The notes beneath the pieces are model-generated. The model was not told the origin of the DNA, searched no databases, and saw only the letters and a program-made list of their open reading frames with translations. From contig JBHLNT010000007.1 of NCBI GenBank assembly GCA_048941265.1, positions 3,669-67,668 on the forward strand: DNA of 64,000 bases, written 5' to 3'. The first letter of the stretch is position 1. Every line of letters begins with the position of its first letter. The translations under genes were made by a program, and so were the position numbers. Of the stretch, positions 1 to 10,383 are shown one piece after another. Source of the DNA: Promethearchaeota archaeon. GTDB lineage: Archaea > Asgardarchaeota > Lokiarchaeia > Sigyniarchaeales > SOKP01.

Positions 1-166
1 TGATTTTCTCAACTGGTAAATGTACTTGAATATAAATCATACCTTTTTCCAAAACTTCTTTTTGGATCTCGCTGATATCCTGATCTTTATGCTTATGCTT
101 CGGTATAAATGTTGAAAAAAATTCTCTAATCCTTTTTTTTTTTAGGTCTAATTTAGACTCTGACAT
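1..166 (-). CDS. hypothetical protein, 5' part only (gene runs off window start)
   Basis: Not in the ORF track. Reverse-strand reading from the ATG (complement of 164-166) gives MSESKLDLKKKRIREFFSTFIPKHKHKDQDISEIQKEVLEKGMIYIQVHLPVEKI with no stop to position 1. It lies 17 nt downstream of the 184-1812 gene on the same strand. Confidence 0.35.
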   Translation of the reverse strand, partial: MSESKLDLKKKRIREFFSTFIPKHKHKDQDISEIQKEVLEKGMIYIQVHLPVEKI

Positions 167-183
167 AATAAGCAAAAATAAAT

Positions 184-1812
184 TTAAGATATAAAATTAA
201 GCTTTTCTTTAATTTTATCTTCAATTTGCTCGTTTATTAATCCTTTATTCTTTAAAATGGAGATTCCCATTTCTATTCTTTTCTTAAAATTTGGATCTTT
301 AGTCAAATTATTTTTTTCGACTGAAAATTCGAAATTCGACCGAATTCTCATATCATCTTCTATTCTTTCATTTAGAAGGGCTCTTAATTCTTTAAAAGAA
401 TCTGATAAATCTTCATATAATGTAGTTATATCATTTATATACCCGGGTAAAATGATCTTCATTTTTTCTTCCATTGAGTCTTCATCCTCTACAAACATAG
501 CATACAATGGCATGTATATCCATTGAATCGGTTTAGAAAATAAATCAACTTCAGTATCTTTTATAGACCAATCTATTAAATCATTAGCATCTTGAAAACA
601 GGTATTTATTTTAAGTTGTATAATTTGTTTAATCTTGTTGTTTAGAGTTTCAATATCATTTTGTAAATTTTTAAGTTTGGTAAGATTTTCTTCTTTTTCC
701 TCTTTGAATAAACCTAATTGTGTATCTCGGTCCTGGAGTTTTTTATTCAAATTTTCTTTGAATTCTGCTAGTTTTTTTTCAGCTTCAAGATCAATTCGCG
801 TTGCTTGTTCTTTGATTTCATTAAATTTATTTTGTAGATTTTCCACATTATTTATAAACGTTTTGCTCTCTTCTTTTAAAAAATTGAAATGGTTTTCGAA
901 TGGTTGAATAAGATCCTCAAAAACTTTAGATTTTAGCGAATCTTCTTGGCTAAAAAACCGATTTTTTTTAATAGTTTCTTGTAAATTTCTTTCAGCGGTC
1001 TTAAATAGAACGGTACTATTTTCTATTAAATTCTTTTTTTCATTTACTTTCCACTGATCAATTTTATCGTGTTCTAACTCGAATAACTCTTTCACTTGGG
1101 TATTATCAATCGTCGAACTCGTTTTATTCATTTGAGAAGAATATAGTAACTCCACATCTTTAATCTTAACCGTCAGCTCAGTCATCCATTTATTTATTTC
1201 TTTATCTATTAATGAGATCTGAGTTTCCCATCTAAATGCATTTCCTTTCATAGTATCAATTGTATTACGATATTTTTCAGAGAGATCGAGAGCTTCTTCC
1301 GTGCTTATACTTGTGTCTAATGGAGAATAATTTGTAATTGGTAAATAGTCTAAATACGGTATTATCTTTAAAATAGATTCCAAGTATTCAGGTTTAATCA
1401 ATCCATCAATCGCGAGTGTCTGATATTCAGATTCCTCTCCAGCTCCGATTTCTTCTGCTTCAACATCCTTATATGTCAAAATATCGATTATCTTGTTTAA
1501 AACTTCTATTTCTGATTTCCCTTCTATATTTCTTAAGATATGACCTATTAACGGTTGCCTAGGAGGATTATTGAATTTACCTTTCTTAGAAAATATATTA
1601 AGACCGTCGAGTATTATATGAGTTGAGATAATTCCTTGAATACTTAATAGAGGCCAAAGTAATTTTGAAAATGATAAGATCTTCTCATTTTTTAAATCCT
1701 TGGTCAATAAATAGAATACCAACGCTAATTCGTCATTCTCATAAATATAAGGTAAATTTGGATCTTTACGTAGAAGTAATGGTAATAGATATTGGTTTCC
1801 ATGGATAGACAT
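184..1812 (-). CDS. hypothetical protein with long central coiled-coil region (542 aa)
   Basis: Long ORF. The N-terminal ~200 aa look globular. Residues ~200-400 are heptad-like and K/E/N/L-rich ('KFNEIKEQATRIDLEAEKKLAEFKENLNKKLQ'). I recognise no catalytic motif. Confidence 0.6.
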   Translation of the reverse strand: MSIHGNQYLLPLLLRKDPNLPYIYENDELALVFYLLTKDLKNEKILSFSKLLWPLLSIQGIISTHIILDGLNIFSKKGKFNNPPRQPLIGHILRNIEGKSEIEVLNKIIDILTYKDVEAEEIGAGEESEYQTLAIDGLIKPEYLESILKIIPYLDYLPITNYSPLDTSISTEEALDLSEKYRNTIDTMKGNAFRWETQISLIDKEINKWMTELTVKIKDVELLYSSQMNKTSSTIDNTQVKELFELEHDKIDQWKVNEKKNLIENSTVLFKTAERNLQETIKKNRFFSQEDSLKSKVFEDLIQPFENHFNFLKEESKTFINNVENLQNKFNEIKEQATRIDLEAEKKLAEFKENLNKKLQDRDTQLGLFKEEKEENLTKLKNLQNDIETLNNKIKQIIQLKINTCFQDANDLIDWSIKDTEVDLFSKPIQWIYMPLYAMFVEDEDSMEEKMKIILPGYINDITTLYEDLSDSFKELRALLNERIEDDMRIRSNFEFSVEKNNLTKDPNFKKRIEMGISILKNKGLINEQIEDKIKEKLNFIS

Positions 1813-1979
1813 AATTTCTTTCCCTCATAATATATTATTAATTCTATATAGATTAATCAAATATATTTTTATTTTTTAATATAAGATTTTATTTTTAAAA
1901 ATTTTTTATTAAAAGAATGAAATTTTGTTCAAAACTCTACATTTAATAATAAAATAAGAATTTATAAATTATTCTTCTT

Positions 1980-2822
1980 TTACCTCAGCTGTTCATAGTT
2001 ATTAGCAATAACGATTATTAGCAGCGATAATAATATAATTAGAGGTGGTACTGTTGATTCTAAATGGGGATAGCGAGCTATTTCAAATACACCCTGCAGA
2101 AGTCTTCCAATGTAATAGAGAAGAAATCCTATAGCATTTAAGGCATAAGATTTCCTTAAAACACCATAAGTTTTTATGGCTAAGTAAATAAACAAAAACG
2201 GAATTGCTATAATGAAAATAGGTAAAAGTACTAAGTTAATTATAAAAATACCAATTGGAAAGCCCCAGATTGTCTCCAACTCTATATCTAAATTATACCG
2301 TTCTACAATTTCAGGATCCATAAATAGATTATCCGGTAATACCAACGTAAGAATTCCAATGAACACTGGAACTGCGATGAGAATAATCCTTAAAATGATT
2401 TTCAAATTAGGAGTTAAAGTGATAATTCTTTCAGTAGTATCTTTATTAGATTTAGAATCTGGTTCTGCTTCAGGAGGGAATAGGAGAACACCTAATACCC
2501 CCATTAAACATGCCACAGCTAGCCATGAAAAGAACTGAGCTAAACGATAAAAAAGCATAAGTAAATCAGCGAGTTGGACGTTTCCCATTGAACCTTGAAG
2601 TTCAGGAATGAAGAAATAATATATGATAAAAAAGACTCTTCCTGCAGCTAAAAATAGAAATAAAAAGCTAAAAAATAGCCAATACAAACGTTTAGATGTC
2701 CTAAATCTCATAAGTAAGAAGAACGCAAAAATCAAGAAATAATAGCCTACTATCACAAAATATAAACCCATCTCAATAGCATCAAAGAAACCGAAATATC
2801 TGAAATTGCTTTCAAAAATCAA
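1980..2822 (-). CDS. polytopic membrane protein, unknown function
   Basis: 280-aa ORF with about 7 hydrophobic segments. The annotated start is TTG. An internal ATG (MGLYFVIV, about nt 2771) is an alternative start. Confidence 0.55.
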   Translation of the reverse strand: MIFESNFRYFGFFDAIEMGLYFVIVGYYFLIFAFFLLMRFRTSKRLYWLFFSFLFLFLAAGRVFFIIYYFFIPELQGSMGNVQLADLLMLFYRLAQFFSWLAVACLMGVLGVLLFPPEAEPDSKSNKDTTERIITLTPNLKIILRIILIAVPVFIGILTLVLPDNLFMDPEIVERYNLDIELETIWGFPIGIFIINLVLLPIFIIAIPFLFIYLAIKTYGVLRKSYALNAIGFLLYYIGRLLQGVFEIARYPHLESTVPPLIILLSLLIIVIANNYEQLR

Positions 2823-2988
2823 AATAAATCACTCGTAATAAAATTACAATATTTTTAATGTTTCTAATTTAAAATTATTATGTTTTATTCTTTTTTAAAT
2901 ATTAATTTTTTCAAAAATGCTTAAAATCTGAAACTAAAAAAATTATGGATTTTTGTAATTTATTAATAGAAGTGAGTTATTATAAAAA

Positions 2989-4491
2989 ATGAAAATTGAC
3001 GATACTATAGAAACATTTAATTCTCTATTAAAAAGACGGGGATTTATATGGGGCCCCTCTCCAGAAATTTATGGTGGTCTTGCAGGATTTTATTCTTATG
3101 GACCCGCGGGTATGGCTCTTAAAAACAATATATTATCGCTTTTTAGAAGAGAGCTTCGAGCTTTTGGATTTGGAGAAGTAGAATGCCCCACAATAATGCC
3201 CGAAATTGTATGGAGGGCCTCAGGGCATTTGGAAAGATTTATTGATCCTGTTCTAAAATGTGAAAAATGTAATACCCTTTATAGAGCAGATAAGTTTCTT
3301 CAAGAAGCGCTTCCAGATCAAATGATTGATGGTTTGTCTTTCGAACAAATGGAAAATTTAATAAAAAGGAATAAATTAAATTGTCCAAAATGTGAAATTC
3401 CATTTGAAAAAGTTGAAGAATTTAATTTAATGTTGAAAACCTCGGTCGGGAATAATGTAACCGCCTATTTAAGACCAGAAACAGCAACCACAACATATTT
3501 ATTATTTAATCGATTAGATCAAGATGCACGACGGCAATATCCTATTAAAATTTTCCAATATGGAAAGGCTTATAGAAATGAAATATCACCTAGACAACAA
3601 GTCCTTCGAATGAGAGCTTTTGATCAATTTGAACTTCAACTTTTTATAGGTAAAGAGCAGGAAATGCATTTTGAAGAATATAATGAAATTAAACTTAACA
3701 AGCTACCGTTATTGGATTGGAAACTTCAAGATAAAAACATAGATGCACCTAATATTATGTCTCTTGAAGAAGCAATTAATAATGAAATTCTTAAAAAACC
3801 AGCATTCGCATATTGTATTTATCTAGGATATTATTTAACTAAAATATTAGGCTTTTCTGATAAGATAATTAGATTTAGACAGCATTCTCCTAATGAAAGA
3901 GCCCATTATGCAGATGATGCCTGGGATTTGGAAGTTAATACAAGGCAATTTGGGTGGGTAGAAATATGTGGAATTCATGATAGAACAGATTACGACTTAA
4001 AATGCCATGCTAAATTTTCTAATCAAAATTTTGAAGTTAACGTAGACTCAGATACTCAGAAAAAAGAAATACCACAAATACTCGAAATCGCATTTGGACC
4101 CGATAGAATTATATATACATTATTAGAATTTGCATTTGATGTAGAAGATGGAAGAATTAATTTAAAATTAAATCCGGAGTTGGCCCCAAACACAGTTGCG
4201 GTATTTCCACTTGTAAGAAATAAGGAGGATATTAAAAATCTCGCACTTAAAATTCATAAAAATTTACTTATGCATCGAATTAGTTCATTTTATGATGATG
4301 CGGGCTCAATCGGTAGAAGATATCGCAGGCAGGACGAGTTAGGGACTCCTTTTTGCATTACAATTGATTATGAGTCGTTAGAGGATAATACAATTACTCT
4401 TCGAGATAGAGATACAATGCAACAAACAAGAATAGACATTCTTAAAGTTCCAGAAGTTTTAATTTCCAAATTATCAAATCCATTATCTTAA
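2989..4491 (+). CDS. glyS: glycine--tRNA ligase (archaeal/eukaryotic class II GlyRS)
   Basis: N-terminus 'RRGFIWGPSPEIYGGLAGFYSYGPAGMALKNNI', class II motifs ('YLRPETATTTY', 'FQYGKAYRNEISPR', 'GPDRI') and an anticodon-binding C-terminus ('YDDAGSIGRRYRRQDELGTPFCITID'). Contains the CxxC...CxxC insertion common in archaeal GlyRS. Confidence 0.9.
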   Translation: MKIDDTIETFNSLLKRRGFIWGPSPEIYGGLAGFYSYGPAGMALKNNILSLFRRELRAFGFGEVECPTIMPEIVWRASGHLERFIDPVLKCEKCNTLYRADKFLQEALPDQMIDGLSFEQMENLIKRNKLNCPKCEIPFEKVEEFNLMLKTSVGNNVTAYLRPETATTTYLLFNRLDQDARRQYPIKIFQYGKAYRNEISPRQQVLRMRAFDQFELQLFIGKEQEMHFEEYNEIKLNKLPLLDWKLQDKNIDAPNIMSLEEAINNEILKKPAFAYCIYLGYYLTKILGFSDKIIRFRQHSPNERAHYADDAWDLEVNTRQFGWVEICGIHDRTDYDLKCHAKFSNQNFEVNVDSDTQKKEIPQILEIAFGPDRIIYTLLEFAFDVEDGRINLKLNPELAPNTVAVFPLVRNKEDIKNLALKIHKNLLMHRISSFYDDAGSIGRRYRRQDELGTPFCITIDYESLEDNTITLRDRDTMQQTRIDILKVPEVLISKLSNPLS

Positions 4492-4716
4492 ACTTCATTT
4501 TTATATCCTTTCCATGAGCAAAGTAAGTTTGTGAAATTAAAATAAGAAGTAAGATTAAATTTTTTGCAAGCTACTATTGTTTTATTTATACAACTTTACT
4601 CAAATAGACACATTTTTTAAAAAAGAGTTAAAAGTTTTAATAAATTTTTAAAATCTTAAAAGTTTAAAAAATATAACTTCAGAGAAAAGTTAAGAAATAA
4701 GATTGAAAACGATTAA

Positions 4717-7554
4717 ATGAATCTTTTTGAAAATTATTCTTTAGGAAATAGAAAGAGATATATTGAAAAGAGAACCCTTAAAAAAATAGGAGTGATTTCT
4801 CTATTATGCTTCATGATTATTTCAAATTTTATATGTATTCAAAATTATAAGAGTAACCATGATTTTTCTAATAACACAATTCTTAACAATACAGATACTC
4901 TAAAAGAAATTAATCCAATAATTCCAAAATGTTCAGACAATCCTTCAGAACTTCAAGATCCATTTACTAAAAATTTTAGTAATATATGGGATTACTTTAA
5001 TCTTAATTTTAAATCTGGATTAACGAAATATGAAATAGATACATATATTAGAAGCAAAGATAGTGGAGGTTCTACTGTTGATAATGGAGTTTATTCATTG
5101 GATAATCTTCTATTATATAATTCATTATTGGATTTTAATTATGATCAAAATGAGACTTTTACAGCATATAATAAGTTAAAAACCACTCCATTATGGTATA
5201 AAAACGATGCAAGTGAATTTGAATATGGGTTTATAGGTACCATAGATGGCACAACTGGTGACATTACAGATCATAACAGATATTTGATTGATAATGTAAT
5301 GCCCATTTTCCTATTACTCGAAGATGGTACGCAAGATTTAGATGATATCACTTATCATGGTGAAACTGCTAAAGATGCAATAGAAGACACATTCTTATTA
5401 ATAAACTCAACTCAATTTTATAATATCTCAGATAATGGATTCTTAAATTTCAATTCCACATCAAGCGGAAGTATTTATCAAATGAAAAGCAATTTTTATA
5501 CCATTTTGGCATATTATACTATATATCGAAACTGGGCATATATTAAAAGCAGTGCTTTTAGTATAAATGATGTATATAACACTGCCAATTCTGTCATGGA
5601 AACTTTTATAGAAAAAATGTGGGACAACCAAGAAAAAGGATTTTATAAAAGTGCTGGTAAAAATTGGAATATAGGAACATCCATCGAGGATACTTGGAAA
5701 TTTCTGGATGTAAATGCTTTAGGTATATTAGCTTTACTAGATTATTGGATAGAAAATGAAGAGATGAATACGGATTCATTATATTTTAAAAACGCAACCT
5801 TATTATATAATAAACTAAATGCAAATATGTGGAGTTCGGGACGGGGAGCCTACATTTACGCTAGAAATATTGATTGGTCTTCTTTATTTCCTGCTAATAA
5901 TCCATATAATAGATATGATTTGGAAGCAAATGCTCTTATGATGCAAGCTTGCTTAAAACTATTTGAAGTTACAGGGAATATTACTTATTATAATAGAGCT
6001 TTTGAAATATATAACACTTTTGAAACAAAAATGTATGACAGCGCAAATAATGCTTATATAACATCATTTCATCCGTCAGCAAGCGATAATACTAATTTAA
6101 ACTTTACATCTAATCTAAAGTTAATAGAAATTTATTTGAAGGCTTTTGAAATTTACAATAGCACAGTCATAGATGCTAATTTTAATATCACTGGAAAAGT
6201 CGATTATATTGTCAATCAAGAAGCTATTAATTTAACCTGTGATTATGCTTTTGAAAAAAAAATCAGCTATTCACGACCTACTCAAGGAACAAACATCACC
6301 AGATATAACAATATTACTGGTGGAGTTATCACATATATTTTAAGATATCCTAACGAGACAATTATTGATATAATTAGAGATGATATTTTAGATAATACGA
6401 CGACATTTATTTATCCTGTAACAGATAAATTACCCTTTGGGAATGGCTATACAATCAAAATAAAAGCTAATTCATCATACTTTGGAGTAGCATTCGCTAA
6501 TAAAATATTCAACGTCAAATCTGGACTAGTGGTCAAAGAAATCGTAGGATTAGATGAAATTGATGAGGAGGATGAGTTTTTTCAGGGTCAAACTCGATAT
6601 TTTAATATCTCAATTGAAAGTTTTTATAATTACAATTTAACCCTAAATGTATCTATTGAAGCTTTTGGTGTTATTAATTATACAAGATATAATTTAATAT
6701 TCGTTAATAATTCCGAAACATTATTAGAATTAAATGTTTCAGCACTAAATTCGGCTGTAAAGGGATTAAGACCTTTAATTATTTCATTTAAAGACGGAGC
6801 GATTCTATATTTAGAGGAAATAGGAAATATATTCATTTCTGATGCTCTCACTTATTCAAATTTACTCTATGATAAAGAAGTTGCACAAGGTAATAGTATA
6901 CAAGTTTCTTTACAATTAATAAATTATTTACCCCACAATAATCAATCCTTAAATATTACATTTACAAGTGAATATGTTATCGGTCAAAAAATTTTTTCTT
7001 ATACTCTATATGAAAGTGAGGTAAGAACTATTCTTACAAGTGTATCTGTATCTGGTAATATTGATGTTGATTCATTTGAAATAACTATGAAAATTTTAAA
7101 AGGAAACACAGTAATTAAAAGTGAAATACTAACGATAAACGTAATATCAAAATTGGAAATTGTTAGCATTAATTATCCAGAGAAGGTTACACAAGGAGTT
7201 CCTGCAAAATTAATTTTAATAATAAAAAATAACCAAGAAAGTCCTCAAGAATTTACTTTAATAATTAATGATAATAAAATTAAAACTAATATAGAAGAAT
7301 TAGTTTCGGGAGAGAATAGAATAGAAGTAGAAGTCTTACCAACAATTAATCCTTATGAAATTGGAAACAAAAAATTTTATATTGAATTAGAAGATGAAAA
7401 TGATGATGTTATTGTTGAAGATTATTTCGAATCCGAAATACAATTATCAGCAATAAATTTATTATTATTTTATATACTCCCTATTGCGATTCCTATAGGA
7501 GTTATTTTACATTATAAAAATAAGGAAATAAAAATTAAATTATTAAGAAGATAA
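4717..7554 (+). CDS. surface-anchored protein: N-terminal signal anchor, six-hairpin (alpha/alpha)6 glycosidase-like domain, beta-rich repeats, C-terminal TM
   Basis: Hydrophobic N-terminus 'IGVISLLCFMIISNFICI'. Helical-hairpin-type blocks ('LEANALMMQACLKLFEVTGNITYYNRAFEIYN', 'DVNALGILALLDYW'). At least ~25 N-x-S/T sequons by eye. C-terminal TM 'LLLFYILPIAIPIGVILHY' followed by a basic tail. Confidence 0.65.
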   Translation: MNLFENYSLGNRKRYIEKRTLKKIGVISLLCFMIISNFICIQNYKSNHDFSNNTILNNTDTLKEINPIIPKCSDNPSELQDPFTKNFSNIWDYFNLNFKSGLTKYEIDTYIRSKDSGGSTVDNGVYSLDNLLLYNSLLDFNYDQNETFTAYNKLKTTPLWYKNDASEFEYGFIGTIDGTTGDITDHNRYLIDNVMPIFLLLEDGTQDLDDITYHGETAKDAIEDTFLLINSTQFYNISDNGFLNFNSTSSGSIYQMKSNFYTILAYYTIYRNWAYIKSSAFSINDVYNTANSVMETFIEKMWDNQEKGFYKSAGKNWNIGTSIEDTWKFLDVNALGILALLDYWIENEEMNTDSLYFKNATLLYNKLNANMWSSGRGAYIYARNIDWSSLFPANNPYNRYDLEANALMMQACLKLFEVTGNITYYNRAFEIYNTFETKMYDSANNAYITSFHPSASDNTNLNFTSNLKLIEIYLKAFEIYNSTVIDANFNITGKVDYIVNQEAINLTCDYAFEKKISYSRPTQGTNITRYNNITGGVITYILRYPNETIIDIIRDDILDNTTTFIYPVTDKLPFGNGYTIKIKANSSYFGVAFANKIFNVKSGLVVKEIVGLDEIDEEDEFFQGQTRYFNISIESFYNYNLTLNVSIEAFGVINYTRYNLIFVNNSETLLELNVSALNSAVKGLRPLIISFKDGAILYLEEIGNIFISDALTYSNLLYDKEVAQGNSIQVSLQLINYLPHNNQSLNITFTSEYVIGQKIFSYTLYESEVRTILTSVSVSGNIDVDSFEITMKILKGNTVIKSEILTINVISKLEIVSINYPEKVTQGVPAKLILIIKNNQESPQEFTLIINDNKIKTNIEELVSGENRIEVEVLPTINPYEIGNKKFYIELEDENDDVIVEDYFESEIQLSAINLLLFYILPIAIPIGVILHYKNKEIKIKLLRR

Positions 7555-7571
7555 AACCAATGTGAAGACTT

Positions 7572-9278
7572 TTGAAGAGGAATAAGGCTTTTAGTACGGT
7601 TATTATTTGTTTTATGATTTTTACTATGATACTTAGTATTATCATAATTCCATCTCATAAGCAAGGTAATTATCTTCAGTACAATCTTGATAATAATGAA
7701 AATATAACAAAGGAAAAGATACCAAAAACTTCAAATGGCGATTTAAGTTATTCTGATTTTTCTCAGAATGCTTCAATTATACGTCGCGGGTTTGAATCGA
7801 TATTTTTTGAAGTAAATGTTTCTGATATACAATATGCAAATGAGACTCATTTAGAAATAACATTTACAAATAATTCGATAAAAGAATTTAATATGACCTA
7901 TGCTCCCGGAACTATGAAAAATTTTACTTACGAATATAGGCCAAAAGGATATGCTCCACTAGGATTTCAAAGAGTTAGATTTTTAGTATATGATGAAGCA
8001 GATGACCTTATAAACACAGAGGCGAACTATCATACAAATTTTACAATAAGATCTACTAGTATGGTCAATTTCAATAGTAGTGAATATTATAGAGGTGATG
8101 AAGCAGTTGCTGATATAACAATTGACGGATCTGAGAATTATGACTGGAAAATAGCAATTGTGAATACAACGGACAAATCTCAACAACAAATCCTTGAAGA
8201 ATTTCAAAATGATCCCTTTCAAATTAATTTTTCTATAGATGAAAGATTTGATAAATTGGGTTCTCATTATTACGTTGCTGTTAATATGACAGAAGATTCT
8301 TCTACTTGGAATGCTGATTATTTTGGTTTTTTGATTAACAATCTCAACCCTTCAATAAATAATATTAAATTCAATCCAACCTCGGTTTTTAGAGGTCAAT
8401 TCTGCGCCGTTACATTAAACGCCAGCGATATAGAAAGTACTGTAAGTGAAGTTGAGATGAAAATTACTGATACATTTGGCCAATCATTATCACTTGCTCA
8501 TCCATACTTATTTAATAGTCAAGGCAATATCTTTAAAGGAAACTTTACAATAAGGGCGGGAGGCCCTAAAGGTAATTATATTGTAGAATTTACAGCAAGA
8601 GATATTGATGGTGGAGAGACTACTGAAAGTACTGGAATATTAGTAAGAAATAATCCTCCAGAGATCAATGGATATGAGATTAATGATATTGATACCAATG
8701 AGAGGATTTCTGTTGCTTATGGCGATGATATAGATTTTAAGTTTGATGTATTTGATGTTGAAGGTATTTCTTATATTACTGTAAAATTAATTATGCAAGA
8801 TCCGATTAGTGATAAAGAGGATGAATATAAAGCTTCTGTCGCATATGAGGATGGTACTGAATTAACCATCAGGACTGAAGATTTAACGCCTGGAACATGG
8901 ACAGTCTATGTTTCTGTTACTGATACTGATGGGGAAACCACAGACCTAGACAACGACTATAACACTGGACCCCAACAAATTACAGTTGTTCCCGATTTAC
9001 TTTCAGATATTTTACCTTGGGTTATGCTAGTAATTGGTTCCATTATAGGAATAATTACTGGAATTGGTATAGGTTATCATGTAGGTAGATCAAAATATAC
9101 AAGACCTATAGAAGAAAAAATTTCTCCAACAAAAAAGCCAAAAAAGGAAATGAGACCTCTAAAAGAAAAAGAAATTCCCACAAAACCAAAACGCATCAAG
9201 GAAGAAATAAAAATTGAACCCGAAAAAGAAGCACCAAAAAAGCCTACCCCAAAGCGAAAAATTAAAAGAAAATTATAA
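7572..9278 (+). CDS. type-I surface protein with Ig/cadherin/PKD-like beta domains and a K/P/E-rich cytoplasmic tail
   Basis: TTG start followed by 'KRNK' plus a hydrophobic signal anchor. Blocks such as 'VSVTDTDGETTD' and 'FDVFDVEGISYITVKL' are typical of PKD/cadherin-like folds. About 14 N-x-S/T sequons. TM 'ILPWVMLVIGSIIGIITGIGIGY', then a ~58-aa tail 'PTKKPKKEMRPLKEKEIPTKPKRIKEE...KRKIKRKL'. Confidence 0.65.
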   Translation: MKRNKAFSTVIICFMIFTMILSIIIIPSHKQGNYLQYNLDNNENITKEKIPKTSNGDLSYSDFSQNASIIRRGFESIFFEVNVSDIQYANETHLEITFTNNSIKEFNMTYAPGTMKNFTYEYRPKGYAPLGFQRVRFLVYDEADDLINTEANYHTNFTIRSTSMVNFNSSEYYRGDEAVADITIDGSENYDWKIAIVNTTDKSQQQILEEFQNDPFQINFSIDERFDKLGSHYYVAVNMTEDSSTWNADYFGFLINNLNPSINNIKFNPTSVFRGQFCAVTLNASDIESTVSEVEMKITDTFGQSLSLAHPYLFNSQGNIFKGNFTIRAGGPKGNYIVEFTARDIDGGETTESTGILVRNNPPEINGYEINDIDTNERISVAYGDDIDFKFDVFDVEGISYITVKLIMQDPISDKEDEYKASVAYEDGTELTIRTEDLTPGTWTVYVSVTDTDGETTDLDNDYNTGPQQITVVPDLLSDILPWVMLVIGSIIGIITGIGIGYHVGRSKYTRPIEEKISPTKKPKKEMRPLKEKEIPTKPKRIKEEIKIEPEKEAPKKPTPKRKIKRKL

Positions 9279-9320
9279 TAAAGAAAAAAATTATTTTATT
9301 TATTTTTTGTTAATTCGATT

Positions 9321-10226
9321 CTATAAACCCAAAACATCTTTAAGGTGGTATTGGAACTTTCCAAGCTTGCCTCCGTAATTCCCTGCAGAAATTCGATTTA
9401 ATCCAGGGACCTTAACAGCAGCTTCAATGCCTAATTTCATAGCTTTTTTAATTGCGTCTTCAGTAGCACCATCTAAAATAACTTCATACACACAATTATC
9501 TCCCTCTTTGAGCGTGCTATTTTGAGATTTGTCTCTTAATGTTGGACAATATGCATCGTTTGTTGAAGCCCCAAGGAAACTATATTTAGACCCAACTTTT
9601 GAACCCGATCTTGCTATACCGCCGGGGAATGCCGCTATAACATCTTCAAGATTTTTAATTACTTCTATTGAAGCTTCAGCAGCTTTTAAGGTGGATTTCT
9701 GATCTTTTCCTATTATGAGAAAGTTTCCACCAGCAATTCCTTTGCCAACTTTCATCATATCCTGACATTTAAAAATCCCATCCATAACTGGAATATTCCA
9801 TATATTTCCCTCCTTTTCTTCGAATCCGTCGCCAAAATACCTTAAATTTTCCCCGATTTTTATTTCAAACATCTTTTCTGGCTCAACCGATCCCTTCATC
9901 GCATCAAAACATGCTGTAGTAGGGCAGGTTAAAATACATTGCCCAAGTCGATTCATTACAACATTGCCGACTTTCTTTTTATCCGAAATAAAGAACATCA
10001 GAGCTGCCCCCGGTCGCTTATCAGGAGTTTGATCAGCTGGTACCATGACATCGATAGCCGCTTCAGCATCACAATGGATTGTTGAAGTACCATATCCAGT
10101 TGCTATGTGCCCAGCAATTTTAGCCCAATTCTCATTTATAGCAGTTACTAACACTCTCGCGAAGAATCCACCGAACGCTTCGCAGAAGGTTTCCTCAATT
10201 GGAATTCCATTTAATTCCATTTTCAT
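9321..10226 (-). CDS. ftr: formylmethanofuran--tetrahydromethanopterin N-formyltransferase
   Basis: Collinear with Ftr along its length: 'NGIPIEETFCEAFGGFFARVLVTA', 'ATGYGTS', 'GGNFLIIG', 'FPGGIARSGSKVGSKY', 'ASTNDAYCPTL', 'ISAGNYGGKLG'. Confidence 0.92.
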   Translation of the reverse strand: MKMELNGIPIEETFCEAFGGFFARVLVTAINENWAKIAGHIATGYGTSTIHCDAEAAIDVMVPADQTPDKRPGAALMFFISDKKKVGNVVMNRLGQCILTCPTTACFDAMKGSVEPEKMFEIKIGENLRYFGDGFEEKEGNIWNIPVMDGIFKCQDMMKVGKGIAGGNFLIIGKDQKSTLKAAEASIEVIKNLEDVIAAFPGGIARSGSKVGSKYSFLGASTNDAYCPTLRDKSQNSTLKEGDNCVYEVILDGATEDAIKKAMKLGIEAAVKVPGLNRISAGNYGGKLGKFQYHLKDVLGL

Positions 10227-10370
10227 TCAACTTTTTTTTAAGATTTTCAGTTATTACTATTTTTAATGATTTCATTTTATATAAAATTTTAAAAAAAAAT
10301 TAAAAATATTGCAAAATTAAATAGAAGAAATAAAAATTTTAATTTTTAAATTTAAAAATCAATTAAAAAT

Positions 10371-10375
10371 GGTGA
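10371..10375 (+). promoter_or_regulatory. Shine-Dalgarno-like GGTGA upstream of mtd
   Basis: GGTGA lies 8 nt upstream of the ATG at 10384. Confidence 0.45.
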
Positions 10376-10383
10376 AATGAAAA

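Noticed and set aside
133-143. Homopolymer T11 (A11 on the coding strand) inside the partial 1-166 ORF, and A11 at 21587-21597 inside the 21110 gene. Both were considered as slippery frameshift or phase-variation sites.
   Set aside because: Both read through in frame as Lys runs (KKK / KKKKK) with intact ORFs on either side, so there is no evidence of frameshifting. They are noted only as potential sequencing-error hotspots.
257-907. ORFs 257-526 and 635-907 on the plus strand, antisense to the 184-1812 gene. Similar antisense ORFs occur at 2212-2538, 7983-8267, 10045-10266, 10623-10940, 20280-20651, 21256-21752, 44805-45265, 48658-49269, 51841-52155 and 57401-57673.
   Set aside because: All lie fully inside longer, family-assignable or better-supported genes on the opposite strand. 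Their translations are low-complexity (S/F/L/I-rich) with no recognisable motifs. They are typical shadow ORFs.
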